A stretch of 63,025 bases of DNA, the filler included, from Octopus bimaculoides (Eukaryota): the NCBI RefSeq assembly GCF_001194135.2. It is 4 parts of 4 records of this genome, joined end to end, with 100 filler letters (N's around TTAATTAATTAA, not from the genome) between each part and the next. Parts side by side here need not be neighbours in the genome. Positions count along the whole stretch, not along the records: positions 1 to 31,766 come from NC_068987.1; 3 more parts are not named here. One strand, 5' to 3'. The notes beneath the pieces are model-generated. The model searched no databases. It was not told the DNA's origin and was given only the letters and a program-made list of their open reading frames with translations. Positions 1 through 15,400 of this stretch are shown piece after piece (position 1 is the stretch's first letter; the number at the start of each line of letters is the position of its first letter). Position numbers and translations under genes: made by a program.

Positions 1-930
1 ATATATATATATATATATATATATATAAACATATACATATATATATATATATATATACATGCATATATGTATAAAACATATACATATATTATTTATATAT
101 AAACATATATATATATTCACACTCGTATACACACACACACCTCCCTAAGATAATCTAGCCATTCACACTAATTCCAAACGTGTCTTATACAAATGGCATT
201 GTATATTTCTATTACCATAATAAGTTACATAATCATTGGTATTTTTGGACATTGACAGATGGGTTTGATGGTCGTAAAACCGTGAATAAATTTTACTTGG
301 ATAAAAAATAAGAAAAATAACAATAACAAAACAGTATGAATGGTATTGGTTGGCCACTAAAAATAGGAGGTTGCGCTATGTTTTGTTGTGAACTTTCTAA
401 TCTCTGTGATGCTGAAATTATTTTGTAATATATAGTTACAATGTTAAGTTTTGATAAACATTCCGGCACATACACACAGACACACGTGTGTTGGTATATA
501 TGTACCTGCATCCATATATATATATATATATATATATATANNNNNNNNNNNNNNNNNNNNNNNNNNNNNNNNNNNNNNNNNNNNNNNNNNNNNNNNNNNN
601 NNNNNNNNNNNNNNNNNNNNNNNNNNNNNNNNNNNNNNNNNNNNNNNNNNNNNNNNNNNNNNNNNNNNNNNNNNNNNNNNNNNNNNNNNNNNNNNNNNNN
701 NNNNNNNNNNNNNNNNNNNNNNNNNNNNNNNNNNNNNNNNNNNNNNNNNNNNNNNNNNNNNNNNNNNNNNNNNNNNNNNNNNNNNNNNNNNNNNNNNNNN
801 NNNNNNNNNNNNNNNNNNNNNNNNNNNNNNNNNNNNNNNNNNNNNNNNNNNNNNNNNNNNNNNNNNNNNNNNNNNNNNNNNNNNNNNNNNNNNNNNNNNN
901 NNNNNNNNNNNNNNNNNNNNNNNNNNNNNN

Positions 931-1017
<87 letters not shown>

Positions 1018-3047
1018 ATATATGTATATGCACTTTCAAGCACACATATAGGTAGATATCTGTTTGACAAAATACTTAGACGCTTACACGACCTCATACA
1101 TGTAAGCAAATAAAACTACATATATTTGTACTTGTTTACAGTCACTCATCTACACTCATGTCCAGGCACATTCAACTCTCAACTGTCAACATCCATGAAA
1201 CCAAACAACTTGGTGCGTGTATACAATTATTTACTTATAGTGATAGGCTTCAAAATGCAAAATTCCACAATGTTTATGCACCCAAACACACTTTTATATT
1301 ACAAACACAATGAAAGTATAATAGAACCGTCATCACGAATCAATCTTATAGGATTGCTCAGATCTGAAACACGTTGTAATCTTTAAATGGCGCCAGAAAA
1401 ATCTAAATTAGTCTGCCAGTTGATTAGTTATGACGCGTTGTATTCAGGGTCTCACGTTTTAGATTATTGTCTCGGTACGAGTCGATTTTTCCCTTTCATA
1501 GTCCTCTTTACTGGGCATAAAATAAAGTTTCTATGATTAATAGTTTTACTTTTATTGACGAAACAAATACATTTCCTTCTTAGAAATTGTCTACTCACAG
1601 GAATCACAGAGGTTTTCCCTTTGCCACGACTATGTCAGATGCACATGCATGATCTTTATAATAAACTAGATTCTACACTGAATTCATTTCCATTGTTGTT
1701 TTTGAATTAACTCTAGTGAGATGCAGCGAAACAAAATGCTTAGACGGTCTAACCATTGTCTGTAATACATATATCCGGCGCCCGTTCTTCACTGGGGTTG
1801 AAGATTACGCAATGTATCTGGAGGTATAGCGAAGGTCCTAAGTGTGTTACAGTAGCATTGATACCCATTTCTTTCTTTTCCCTACCGTGGTCTTGTTGAT
1901 GGGACTAGAACAAAACGAAGCCAGATTAGCTCAGTCAGAGCCCGGAAGCGATTGTTTTTCTCCATTTATCTATCGTAGAGTAAATCCCAACACATTTTTT
2001 TAATAGTATTGCGACAGGTGATAGCTCTAATCTGCGGAGTGTATATGGCCACTCACTACTACCAAGACATACCCACATATTCCAACACCGTATCAAACAC
2101 ATGGAAACCTAACCTAAACACATTTGTTTGAATCAATTCATTACACATCTTAGTTGTTAATGACATCAACAATTTACCAAATGCAAACAAGCATCACGTT
2201 TAAAACAAAGCTTACACAATCAGCTAAATATCATTGAAGCTGTGCATATATATGCTTGACACATTAGTCAGTAACTTTAAATACCAACAAACCCGCACAT
2301 ATGTATTGTTCGTTTGAGAGTATACCAGTGATGATTAGGATTATGCACATGATGCTTCATTCTTTGAGAAATTCTATTGTGCGAATATAGGAGAATTAAT
2401 ATTGTACACGGCACATCAGCATCCTTATTTGATCGATCGATCTGAGAAGTAGAAAAGTTTAATAGATCTCTGTTGAATTTAATTTTTGTGCAACCATTGG
2501 TACGTCTACCAATAACCCATGAACAAGTTCATAGATCTTTCAGAGACCAGTAAAATTAATAGCAATCGTATTAATTTTACATTTATTCTAAATGCATGAA
2601 CTGTGGCTTTTTTATAAACAGAAAAGAAACGATGTACATGCAACGACGTCACCTACATATATGTCACCTAATGGATTTCTTTCTACTTGAGATGCAGCAC
2701 GTAACGTAGAGTTTTGCAAAATATTTACACACATTGAAGCTAAGATCTGATTGAATTAATAGCAAACTGGTCAAAATGCATAGCTGCATTTGGGCAGTCT
2801 TTACGTTCTGAGTTCAAATTCTTGCGAGGTCGACTTTGCCTTTTACTTTTTCAGGGTTGATAAAATAGATACCATTTCAGTAGCGGACTTGATGAAATCA
2901 ACTTAACTCCCCAACACATTAAATTGCTGTTCTTGTACCATATTTACATAAGTTTTTATCCTCTAAAATGTAATTTATCTATAAGAGATGATCAATAATT
3001 TTGTAAGGTCAACAGACGATCGACTAGTGATACTAAAAGTCCAATAA

Positions 3048-3250
3048 GGTGGCGAGATATCAGAATCGTTAACACTCTGGACGAAATGCTTAGAGATATT
3101 TCGCCCGTCGCTGCGTTCTAGGTTCAAATTCCGCCGAGGGCGACTTTGTCTTTCATCCTTTTGGGGTCGATGAATTAAGTAGCTGCGAAAGACTGTTGTC
3201 GATGTAATCAACCATCCCCCTCCTTCTCCCAGATTTCAGTCCTTGTGCTT
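3048..3250 (+). mobile_element. tRNA-derived SINE, family B (GGCGAGCTGGCAGAA-type head). Other copies at about 2760-2900(+), 32275-32480(+), 49595-49780(-), 51860-51945(-) and 55520-55690(-)
   Basis: Shared GTTCAAATTCCGCCGAGG.CGACTTTG.CTTTCATCC core across copies. Confidence 0.75.
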
Positions 3251-4803
3251 AAAACAGGAAGGAATATATAGGTCCAGTATTCTTGTATTTTAATGATATT
3301 CCACAGAGATAATTAAATTTTAATTTAATTTATTTATATTAGGAAGAATATATAGTACTTTTCTTGCACGGAAATATAAATATAATTGTTAATTATCTAT
3401 TTATAATGAATAAGTTGGCTTGTGGCTGCTTATAATTCATAATTCTAGATTTAAAATATAATCCTATGAATTGCTGTAGATATCGCTGTTATTAAATACT
3501 GTAAATGACTGTATTAGATTTATATACGAGAAATCAAATATCAAAATAAAACTAGTGGTCTATAGAACACCTCCAGTAAAACACTTGAAAATACCTTGAA
3601 TAAACAAATCGGTAAAGTAAAAAAAATATTATTATGCGTTTAATATAGAAATACTTCTAAACAGAGACAGTAAACCATAACAGCAAACGCCATCAAAATC
3701 GATCCTTTTTAATGGTGGATATATTTGGCTTCATAATAACAAGGTGAATGTTACATTAGTTCGACATTATTTGATGTAAAATTATCACCCGCTATAATCG
3801 ACACACTTATTATCTCATTTATTATGGCGGAGTAAGCTCGGTAATTTTTGTATGAAACATAGTAAGAGTTAATAACATTAATTTTGATCACAATAATTAA
3901 CGCACTGCTGATTCTATTGAAGAAGAAAGGCCGTATTATTCTTTTGTATTTTTGGCCTAGAGTAGATTCTAACTAATAAAAGACACATACAAACTCACAG
4001 AAGCTCTCACGCACTCCCACAGCGAAAGAAATGCACTTCCAAATGACCAATCATTTATACACATAAACTCTCACGTATCGATATGCATGCGTGTGTACGC
4101 TGGTTATCATACACGATGGACATATATATATTAGAAGAGAGGCGATACGCAAATATGAATATGCATATAACAATGTGTGTGTATATGTATGTATAAAATA
4201 TATGTATATATACANNNNNNNNNNNNNNNNNNNNNNNNNNNNNNNNNNNNNNNNNNNNNNNNNNNNNNNNNNNNNNNNNNNNNNNNNNNNNNNNNNNNNN
4301 NNNNNNNNNNNNNNNNNNNNNNNNNNNNNNNNNNNNNNNNNNNNNNNNNNNNNNNNNNNNNNNNNNNNNNNNNNNNNNNNNNNNNNNNNNNNNNNNNNNN
4401 NNNNNNNNNNNNNNNNNNNNNNNNNNNNNNNNNNNNNNNNNNNNNNNNNNNNNNNNNNNNNNNNNNNNNNNNNNNNNNNNNNNNNNNNNNNNNNNNNNNN
4501 NNNNNNNNNNNNNNNNNNNNNNNNNNNNNNNNNNNNNNNNNNNNNNNNNNNNNNNNNNNNNNNNNNNNNNNNNNNNNNNNNNNNNNNNNNNNNNNNNNNN
4601 NNNNNNNNNNNNNNNNNNNNNNNNNNTATATATCATTAATGTATGTATATATGTATGTAGGAAGATAGTTAGGTATGAAATAATTATGTAGATCTATGTC
4701 TGTTTTAATGACAGAAATTTATAATAGTCTCGTATTGCAATGAAGATTATGCCTACGAAATATCATTTATAGCTTATAGCATCACTTCAGTGGTAGGCAT
4801 AGA

Positions 4804-4804
<1 letters not shown>

Positions 4805-4869
<65 letters not shown>
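4805..4869. repeat. (TAA)n microsatellite, representative of many microsatellites: (TAA)n 7876-7950; (GATA)n at 11605, 21246, 28320, 55105 and 56045; (TA)n and (CA)n flanking most gaps
   Basis: Read directly from the sequence. Confidence 0.95.
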
Positions 4870-7830
4870 TGTGATTTATTTTTATTAGCATTGCTAAATA
4901 ACGTATCTATATAGACGTTTGCGTACATGCGCGAGTGTGTTGTGCGCCTGGTGTGTGTATATATGTGTGTGCATTGTGCATGTGTATGTATGCATGAGGG
5001 TGTGTGTCTGTGCGTGTGTGGTTGTGGGAGTGGTTGTCAGTTCGTAGGTGTGGAAAAGGCTATAAAGGGTCTGTAATGGCAGATGAAAACTACATTGCAA
5101 CATTGACAATATCTTCCTGGTAATATGAAGACATAACCATTTGTGTGCTAATTGTGTATTAAAGGAAACATTAATAAGCCACGGTGTATTTTATATACTT
5201 CTAGATATTGCATATTGTCACGAATACCAATTGACGCTTACTATTATAGGATCCACGTTGCTTACAAAGCGTCACAATTTAGATATTATGTATNNNNNNN
5301 NNNNNNNNNNNNNNNNNNNNNNNNNNNNNNNNNNNNNNNNNNNNNNNNNNNNNNNNNNNNNNNNNNNNNNNNNNNNNNNNNNNNNNNNNNNNNNNNNNNN
5401 NNNNNNNNNNNNNNNNNNNNNNNNNNNNNNNNNNNNNNNNNNNNNNNNNNNNNNNNNNNNNNNNNNNNNNNNNNNNNNNNNNNNNNNNNNNNNNNNNNNN
5501 NNNNNNNNNNNNNNNNNNNNNNNNNNNNNNNNNNNNNNNNNNNNNNNNNNNNNNNNNNNNNNNNNNNNNNNNNNNNNNNNNNNNNNNNNNNNNNNNNNNN
5601 NNNNNNNNNNNNNNNNNNNNNNNNNNNNNNNNNNNNNNNNNNNNNNNNNNNNNNNNNNNNNNNNNNNNNNNNNNNNNNNNNNNNNNNNNNNNNNNNNNNN
5701 NNNNNNNNNNNNNNNNNNNNNNNNNNNNNNNNNNNNNNNNNNNNNNNNNNNNNNNNNNNNNNNNNNNNNNNNNNNNNNNNNNNNNNNNNNNNNNNNNNNN
5801 NNNNNNNNNNNNNNNNNNNNNNNNNNNNNNNNNNNNNNNNNNNNNNNNNNNNNNNNNNNNNNNNNNNNNNNNNNNNNNNNNNNNNNNNNNNNNNNNNNNN
5901 NNNNNNNNNNNNNNNNNNNNNNNNNNNNNNNNNNNNNNNNNNNNNNNNNNNNNNNNNNNNNNNNNNNNNNNNNNNNNNNNNNNNNNNNNNNNNNNNNNNN
6001 NNNNNNNNNNNNNNNNNNNNNNNNNNNNNNNNNNNNAGACATACACACACGCACACACACACACATACGACGGGGGCTTCTTTTAGCCTCCTTCTTCCGA
6101 ATCAACTCACAAGGCTTTGGATGGCACGAGACAATAGTAGACGAGACTTAACCGAGGTGCGACCTATAGGGACTGAACCCGGAACCATGTGGTTGGGAAG
6201 GAAGCTTGGTTATGGATTTATACGCTGTTATATGTTTGTGTATGTGTATGCGTGCGGGGGGCGGAGGCGTGTGTGTGTGTGTCTTTGATATATTTAGGAA
6301 TATGAAGATATGGACGTGTAGGAATAGTATATATAGTCTACTAGCTGACGTACCCGGTAATTCTAGGAACAGCGGGGCTTATCCCTTGGTTCCGTTCCCG
6401 TAATTGTTTTGCTAATCCAATAACAACAAATGATTTGATTGCTCAGTGCATTCTACCATCCTTTCACTGTCTCCGTTTCGTCAGACTCTCCCACTCTCAC
6501 TCTCTCCTCTTTCTCTCTCTCTCTACCTCTGCGTGTTTTTGTGTCAGCATATTTCATCATGTTTATGAAGAGAAAGAAAAGGCTTATACCAATCGTGTTC
6601 AATTTATAAATTCTAATGTTTCTGTCTCCCTCTCTCACTGTCGTTATGTATGTTTATATTCCCGTGCACATGTACGTGTTTGTGCAAGAATGTGTTTACA
6701 TTCCCGCGGGCATGTGTGCATTTGTGAATGACTATTTGTGTATTCGCCTGGAGCGCCACCAATTACTCTCGCCAAAACAGGCTAAATATATAGACAACCA
6801 GGTTACATCATGAGCGCCGAAACAGTTACGCCCAATCGTCTTATTCTGGGTAAATATATATATATAGCATAAGTGTGACAAGAAACATTTGTTTCAACTG
6901 TTGAGTAGAGCTTATAGCGTTCGTTCAATTCTGAACTACAGCGCATATTTTGCGGGTTAAGTACGTTTTAGAGTCGTGAATTCAGTGTTCTGTGTTTGCA
7001 ACAAGTCGCAGGAATAAAGAATAACATTCTATAAAATACTATAAAATTAGATCACGCGCATACTAGTTGCTTAGAAGGTAAATATTTATGAAGTTATAGA
7101 TGCTTTATTATAAAATAGTTATAAATATTTTGTCAAGCCTTCGATAAACTGCCAAGGTAAATAGTTTTTTTACGAGTGGTTAAAGCAAATGCGTTTAATG
7201 AACGGGGTTTAAGGGGTATGTGACGAGGTTAAGGACACAAAACCGTAAACATTTTGATCTCTATAAGGATTGTAAGACGAAAGTGTTAATTTAGAGGAGT
7301 TATATCAGTTGACACCACCATCGATGATGACTCTAGAAAAGTGTGATACTGTGCTTTCAACATTGATGAAAGTGAGATAATCGTATAACTAATGGTTATC
7401 AGATGAAATGGAATCATGCAGATAGAGAAGATACACTTAAGGAAGTGCGAAAGAGGATACGGTATATCTGACGGTATTTGACGTTACCCTCTAAAAGTGA
7501 GGAATGTTTCGTTAGAAAAATATATAATTTTTAAAAAAGGTTGTTATCACTTTATGAGCAGTGGAAATTGGATATTATCGTTTCTTAGTTCGTTTCTTAG
7601 TTCGAGAAAAGATATTCTAGGTATTAAATCTTCTAATTTCAGAAGCCCCGTCGAGCTATATTTGCTAATACATATTTATTCTGACTTTTCAAAACGTTAG
7701 CGTATATTCGGAAGGAAGCTTCAATGCCATTTTAACGAAGTCAAATTATTCTGTAAAAATTTCATTTCCTTGGTTCTGGATAGAGGTTTGCAAGTGTGTA
7801 TAAGAAGCAGGAATCGTCGAAGGATTCTTA

Positions 7831-7950
<120 letters not shown>

Positions 7951-9929
7951 TTACGTTCGTGAGGAAAATGAATAGAAATCTATGCATAATGCCTGAGAGG
8001 ATAGACAATTCCACAAACAAATCATTTTTGTACTTCCATTTGTTCTCGATGCCATTTTCATAGATATTTGTGGATATTAGATGCTTGAAGAAGGCAATAG
8101 AAGACCTTTTCTCGTGGCTTAATGATTATAAATGCATATTTACCAGTAAGGCTCATATGAGTGGGAAATAGTCGTAAGAGGATTTCTCGAGAAAGTTTCC
8201 ATCGTAGCGGTGAACATAAGTGACAGCTTGTTACGGAGATATGACGGTGGCTCATGTCAGGTTATTTTACAGCCAAGTGAAGAGTTAACATTTGTTACCA
8301 CTTCGTGAATTATACGGTGGTTAGATTGTCATCGGTGCACTTTAATAGACAAACTATCAAAGAAAATGTACAAAACATGAATCAGTAGGTCTAATGACGT
8401 ACATTTTCTTCTAAATAATTCCTTGCGTCTACGGCACAATGAATTATACCAAAGTATTCGTAAAGAGTAAATAGCGAACCCCTACCGATTGCACTGTTCT
8501 ATGTAAGTTTCTAGTTGAATTACCTTGCCTAAACCAACTTTGACGTATTATGCTAGTGAAAGTGAATAATGGACAGAGAAAAAGCAAACACAAAAGGCGT
8601 AAGCGCAAAGCACAAAGGGGAATGTGATATAATATCTAAAAGGGAGACGTGACTAAAAGTGAAGCAGTATTTCATGTAATATAAAAAATAAAATAGGGAA
8701 GAAAGGAAGGAGAGAATAAAGCAGTAGCAAATGTGGAATATATATGCATTGCAACGTTATATGACCTGGGTGATGCCGCATACGGCCTCAAAGGTATTAC
8801 ATGCATCTATGTCTAAAAATGGGGAACATCAAAACCAACCTGATGAAGGCAAATGGAGATTAAACACAGACGAGTGATTGATCATAGGGAGAAGGAGAGT
8901 TTCATATCTCAATATCATTAATCAGTCGAACAGGAAGATAAAGTTAATAAATGAATAGAAAGGAAACATCCATATCTATGTTGATGCACTTATGTCTGAA
9001 AATGAAAATGACAATATGTGTTGTGGGGGGGTTGTGTGTTTGTGCTTGAATGCGTGTGTGTCACAAAACTTTTTTTTTTTTATTTTACACTTATACACAA
9101 CATATGCATGTTTGTTAGGAATATATACATATATGTGTGTGTATGTGTATGTGTGTGTATGTGTATGTGTGTGTGTGTGTGGCAGGGTGTATGTACGTTT
9201 GTATGTCTATACATACATACTGGCAACTCATGCACACTGAAAACCACAATTTCACACTCACACACACAGACACACACACGCACATACACGCACACACACA
9301 CATAAACTCACACACACACACACACACACACACNNNNNNNNNNNNNNNNNNNNNNNNNNNNNNNNNNNNNNNNNNNNNNNNNNNNNNNNNNNNNNNNNNN
9401 NNNNNNNNNNNNNNNNNNNNNNNNNNNNNNNNNNNNNNNNNNNNNNNNNNNNNNNNNNNNNNNNNNNNNNNNNNNNNNNNNNNNNNNNNNNNNNNNNNNN
9501 NNNNNNNNNNNNNNNNNNNNNNNNNNNNNNNNNNNNNNNNNNNNNNNNNNNNNNNNNNNNNNNNNNNNNNNNNNNNNNNNNNNNNNNNNNNNNNNNNNNN
9601 NNNNNNNNNNNNNNNNNNNNNNNNNNNNNNNNNNNNNNNNNNNNNNNNNNNNNNNNNNNNNNNNNNNNNNNNNNNNNNNNNNNNNNNNNNNNNNNNNNNN
9701 NNNNNNNNNNNNNNNNNNNNNNNNNNNNNNNNNNNNNNNNNNNNNNNNNNNNNNNNNNNNNNNNNNNNNNNNNNNNNNNNNNNNNNNNNNNNNNNNNNNN
9801 NNNNNNNNATATATATATATATATACATACATACATAAATACATACATGCATACATGCATATATGGGTACAGGACGTCACCAACAGTAAAGAACTTGATA
9901 TGCGAGTTCAATATGCAGACAACGAGAGA

Positions 9930-10295
9930 TACAAATAGAAAGCAGGACAAGTAGCATAAAGAAAAACGCTTCATCGGTTGTCGGCTGTGTCTCTACTCCT
10001 CATTTCGAGAGCATTGAACGACAATATGAGTTTTCGAAGAGAGTGGAGATAACTCGTTCTGGTCTAAGGACCCTCCATGTCTATTTTCGTTCGGTTTCCT
10101 TTGATGTGTCCACTGTCCTGTTTTTGTTCCCAAGTTTGACGCTCCATAAATCCCAAATTTTATTTTGGTATTTATTGGAGCAACTGTCTTCGAAGATTCA
10201 TATTGTCGTTCAATGCTCGAATTGAGGAGTAGATAGACAGCCGACAACTGATGAAGGGTCATCCTTTATGTTACTTCTCCTGTTTTCCATTTGGT
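9930..10295. repeat. Fold-back with about 110-bp imperfect arms
   Basis: 9930-10043 is the reverse complement of 10186-10295 (core cttcatc.gttgtcggctg...gcattgaacgacaatatga). Confidence 0.85.
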
Positions 10296-10639
10296 TCTCA
10301 GACAACTTACTCACGGCTCTCTCCTCCAAATAAGAACATTAGATTGTTGAGGCTATATAAAATTGTCGTAAATTAGGCTAGCACTGTAGTGGTAAGTATA
10401 GAAAAATGTTATTTATGTTTTTCGTTCTGAGTGAAATTTTGTAATATATTTTGGGTTTTTAAATGTATTGCTTCCTGCATAATAAAACATTGATTCATTA
10501 CGTAAATTAAGCTGTCCAGAACAGTAGTATTCTAATTTGTATCTTTTTATATTGGAGTTGATTTGTGCTAAGGACTGAGGAAAGAAGCTGCTCTTGTCCT
10601 TATTTATACCAGCGTGAGTCTATCTTGTATTTAAATATA

Positions 10640-10850
10640 TAGTAATCCCTCGCCGTATCGCAGTTTATTATCTAAACTTACGTCGATTCCTTCGTGGTGA
10701 CGTTTTACATATATATAACAATATAAATATATACAAATTATAAATATAATTTTTAAAAATATACAGTAGAGTACTGTTTGTCCTTCGTGGATTTTCACTT
10801 ATCGCGGGGGAGGCGGGGACGTAACACCCGCGATAGTCGAGGGATTGCGG
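10640..10850. mobile_element. pogo/Tigger-like MITE
   Basis: Imperfect TIRs TAGTAATCCCTCGCCGTATCGC / GCGATAGTCGAGGGATTGCGG with TA on both flanks. Confidence 0.55.
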
Positions 10851-11600
10851 TACTTCAGTTCATATATACGTATATTATATAAACTCATATAAAAATATGG
10901 AAATGTGTGCGTATGTGTATGTGTGTGTAATGAATATAAACATGTGTGTGTATGTATGAATGCGTTCGTGCTCGCGGTCGTGCGTGCGAGCGAGCGTGCG
11001 TGCGTGTAAAAAGATGCAGGTAACTTAATTGTCCGTAAACCTTGGAAGGGAAATGTAATCTTCTTCCCTCTCAAAATTTAGCTGTCCTTTACTTAAGGCG
11101 AATAGCCTATCAGATACAAGCAACAAGTGTGTGGCATTTCAATCTGTAATTTATTAACTTTTCCTTAAATTTTATTAATTTCATTCTAACGAGGCTGAAT
11201 TACATCACTTTGATCACATTTCACAAAGATTGAAAACCTTAGATTAATAAGAGGATTAATTAATCTTGTATACATATACAAACACACACACACACACCTA
11301 TACATATATATAGTTTCACGCTTTTTCACAAATATCTTTTGAAATAATTTTTATCAAAATATATCTGCATTTTTGTTTTTTTTAGAATATCCATCGATGT
11401 TTTATATCGTCGGAATCTAACTATAAAATCTTGGGATTTTAATTCAACTAATAATTTTTTTGTATTTTTTTTTCATTTGTTTTCCAAATACGAATAGCAT
11501 TGTTAATTTGTGATTTATTGATTCTTGAAAACAACGACGTGCATGTAGTTTTGTTACTCACCGAGGGCTTGCAAAGAGACGACATAAATTAGATAGATAA

Positions 11601-11675
<75 letters not shown>

Positions 11676-12293
11676 TAGATATGTATGTATTTATATACAT
11701 ATATATGTAGATACATATATTAATATATATATTTATATACATATATATGTATATATATATATTAATATGTATATATTTATATACATATATATGTATATAC
11801 ATATATTAATATATATATTTATATACATATATATGTATACACAGGTGTGTATACATATTTATATGTAGGTGTGCATGTGCATATATGCCTGTGTGTATCT
11901 GTGTTTGTGTGTGTTTGAGTGTGTGTGTGTGTCTGTGTATGTATGTATATAAACTCTAAACTTGTGGAATTGTAATAAATATAGAGAACAGAGCATTCTG
12001 TATAATTTATATCCAGCAAACGTGAATTTATCAACTGCTATAAATTATAGTATTAATGAGATTAAATTGAATTCAATTAGTGTTTGTGAGTCTGTAGTCC
12101 TTTTCTTAAATACAACATTACCCTTTATATTCCAAGCTCAACGATATTGAAAATGCATTTCGACATGAGTTCAGTTGAGCATACGAAAATATATACTGTG
12201 CACACACACACACTACGTCATATATATATTTAGATATACATGTATATACACACATTATACACACACACACATGCATATATATACATATGCATA

Positions 12294-12405
<112 letters not shown>

Positions 12406-15400
12406 TATATATGTATGTAGTGTATATGTTATAAATTCTAATTACGCTTCATTTAACCCCGTTATAAAGATGATTTATAAGAGGTGATATGGTGATATTT
12501 CTTCGATATAAATTATTAAGATGCAATCTTATAAAACCTGTGAACGCCTACACGACCATGAGCTGCTCGTATATTTCTCACGCTTCAGTTCTATCCTCTC
12601 CCCTCTCCCTCTCTCTATGTTTTTGTGTATGAACAAATGCATAAAGATATGTACGTATGTATGTACGTATGTGTGTATGTATGTTTGTTTTCTTCTCCTT
12701 TTTATTATTCAAGTTTCACCTCTGAAGAAGGGACTGGTTTCTAACAAAATACAAAGCTCCGACGCTGAAATGTAGCTAATACAAACAAGGTGAGATTTTA
12801 AACTTGAGTAAATTTTGCATATTTTCACTGTCCTACTTACGGATTGTATTTATATGCGAGTTGGTTATTTCTTTTTCTGAAGACCTAAGCATATCCCGAG
12901 TATCAGTTAGCATTTACTAATAAAACCATGTGCACCAATTATAATACTTATGAAAGTAAATTTTGTATCTACTTATAGAAGCTGGAGATTTTGAAGTAGT
13001 TGTCCATAATTGTCCTCTTTCTATTTGATTTTCAAACAGAAATTCACATCAGAAGGACGGCTGACATATTTGATGGTACACCTATTTTTTCATCTCTGTC
13101 CCAAACAACATTATCTGGTCTGTTATGCTAAGCATTGACATATGTTTTGATGGGAATGTTCCGCCAGTAATCCTTTGCTGGTATTTGTGTACGTAGTCAA
13201 TAACAGGAGATTATATTTATATGTATGTATGTATGTATGTATGTATATAAATATATTTGTATGTATGTACGGTATATTAACGTGTATATGGAACCGATTT
13301 TTGTCAAAAATTAGATTTAAAAAATAAGAGTTTCTCAGTCATGGATAGTATCATAATCCCATAAAAAAACTTTTTTCCAAATTTTAAGCCTCCAGAATTA
13401 TGGGGTTCCCTATACGCGAGGGTTCCGTATACAGGTTGAAATACGATAAGTAGGGTTATATATGTATGCATATATGTATGTTTGTATGAATGTATGTAAT
13501 TGTGCGTGTGTGTGTGTACCTATGTATGTATATTTGTTTGTACGTATGTATGTACCTATGTATTCATGCGTGTACGTATGTATATATATATATTCGTATA
13601 GCATGCGAAGGGCCATATTCACTAAAGTATCCGATAGACTACATTGCCAAAAACAACTTTGAATTTGTCCCTTTTACAGTAGATAAATAATTACCATTCC
13701 GAAAACGGGTTCGATTCTTCTTTTTCCATATTCCGCCCTCGTCCATTCTCTTTTTCTCATTCTTTCGAAGAAATCGTTTACGGTTAATCCGGGAGAGTCA
13801 TGGTCAGACTCAATACAATACTCAAGATCTGCTGCTGTTATATCGCAATGGCTCCTCTACAGCTTATGACGAGTTGAGGGTCAAAGTGAATCCAGGTTTT
13901 AAATATGTATGTGTGTGTACGCGTGTGTGTGTGCGTGTGTGCTTGTGTGCGCTTGCGTGTGTCTCTAAGTGTGCGTATGTGTATATTTATGTATGTAGTT
14001 GTTGTATCAATTGCAAATAGAAGATAATGTGTCTCTAAGTAATTCAGTAACCAACCCTTTGTAATACAACTTCTTACCATAATCGCCTTTATTGTTATTA
14101 TCTAATACATCTTAATGTTTGCAAGATCACAGAAAAGAAATCACGAATTATGTTTTTTCATAGGATTTGTCAGGTCTTGCGTCTAATAATATGTCATTCC
14201 TCTCCTTTCCGTATATTTGATAGAACTTAGATATAACTGTAGATAAACTATTATTTTGTACAACGCATGCTGTGTAATCTTTCTTTTCATATTAATGCAT
14301 ATAGCAGCTTCTTAGCAGATATTTGTCAGGTCGTACATGTATATGTGTCTGACTGAATGCGTATCTCTCTCTTCATGTGCTATTTCTCCATAATCATATT
14401 TTTATTGCGTGATATTCTTCAACATCTATACACATATCTGACTTTAAAATACATGCACTGGTTAATTTTTTTATAGCATTAGCACGGCATATATGCAATC
14501 CGCAGCTTTCCTACTTTCTGTCGGTTTTGTGAATATTTAAAACATTTTTGCGTGTTTCACTCTCCCTTATATTTGAACAATTTCCAAATATGCTTTTATT
14601 ATGAGGATTCTTTCTGTTTTCAGTTCCTACAGTGAATCATTATTTTCAGACATTATAAAACATTTGTGCATCACTTATAGATATAACATGTATTTTCGAC
14701 TGACAAATAGATTAAGAAACACTTCCTTTCTTGTTTATCTTTACCAATCTCGGGCCGATAGTCATTGAGCACATTCCCTTTGTAGTGAATTGGCATATCC
14801 TGGCATCTGGTCACTTTTCCCGTCATTGTGTATGTTTCACGTCTGTTTTCTTTTGATATTTGATTATGTTGTCACATCGCTTCCAGCATGTGATGTATCC
14901 CACTTTGTCATACCGGATCAAGTGCAGGAAATGCACTTCCGACGTTGTGCTGAGACGGCAAATATAGCAATGATAGCATTTGCTTGAAAGGAATAGTTTA
15001 TGTCAATATATTTCACTTGCATAAGTAATATAAAGCTACATTAGTAATATAAGTAATATAAAACTGTATTATATATATAAAAAAAAATAGCCATTCAAAT
15101 AATATATGCAGCAGCTAATATGAGCTCTGAAGTTGTGTGGCTTAGTTGGTTGATCGTTGCTCGCGCAATTGTGGCTTCCATTGCCAGATGATGGTGGTAA
15201 CGCTGTATTCTCGAGTAAAATATTTCATTTTCCATTGCACCAGGCTACAAGTTTGGAGTTCCAGCAACAGCTGTAAAATTTACGCTGTGACGGACTGCCG
15301 TCGCATTCACGCAAGTGAAATGTTCCAATTTTAGTCACTTATTCGCTATGAAAACTGAGAAGCACCGACATTATGATTTCTAGAGCTTATGACAGACCAA

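Noticed and set aside
13037-13190. Segment reading SEGRLTYLMV, loosely like the CHS GEDRWL motif
   Set aside because: Lacks the EDR acidic residues and hits a stop before any good donor.
14800-15300. Weak BED-finger-like and hAT-dimerisation-like peptides on the minus strand
   Set aside because: Very degenerate and in the wrong order for one element.
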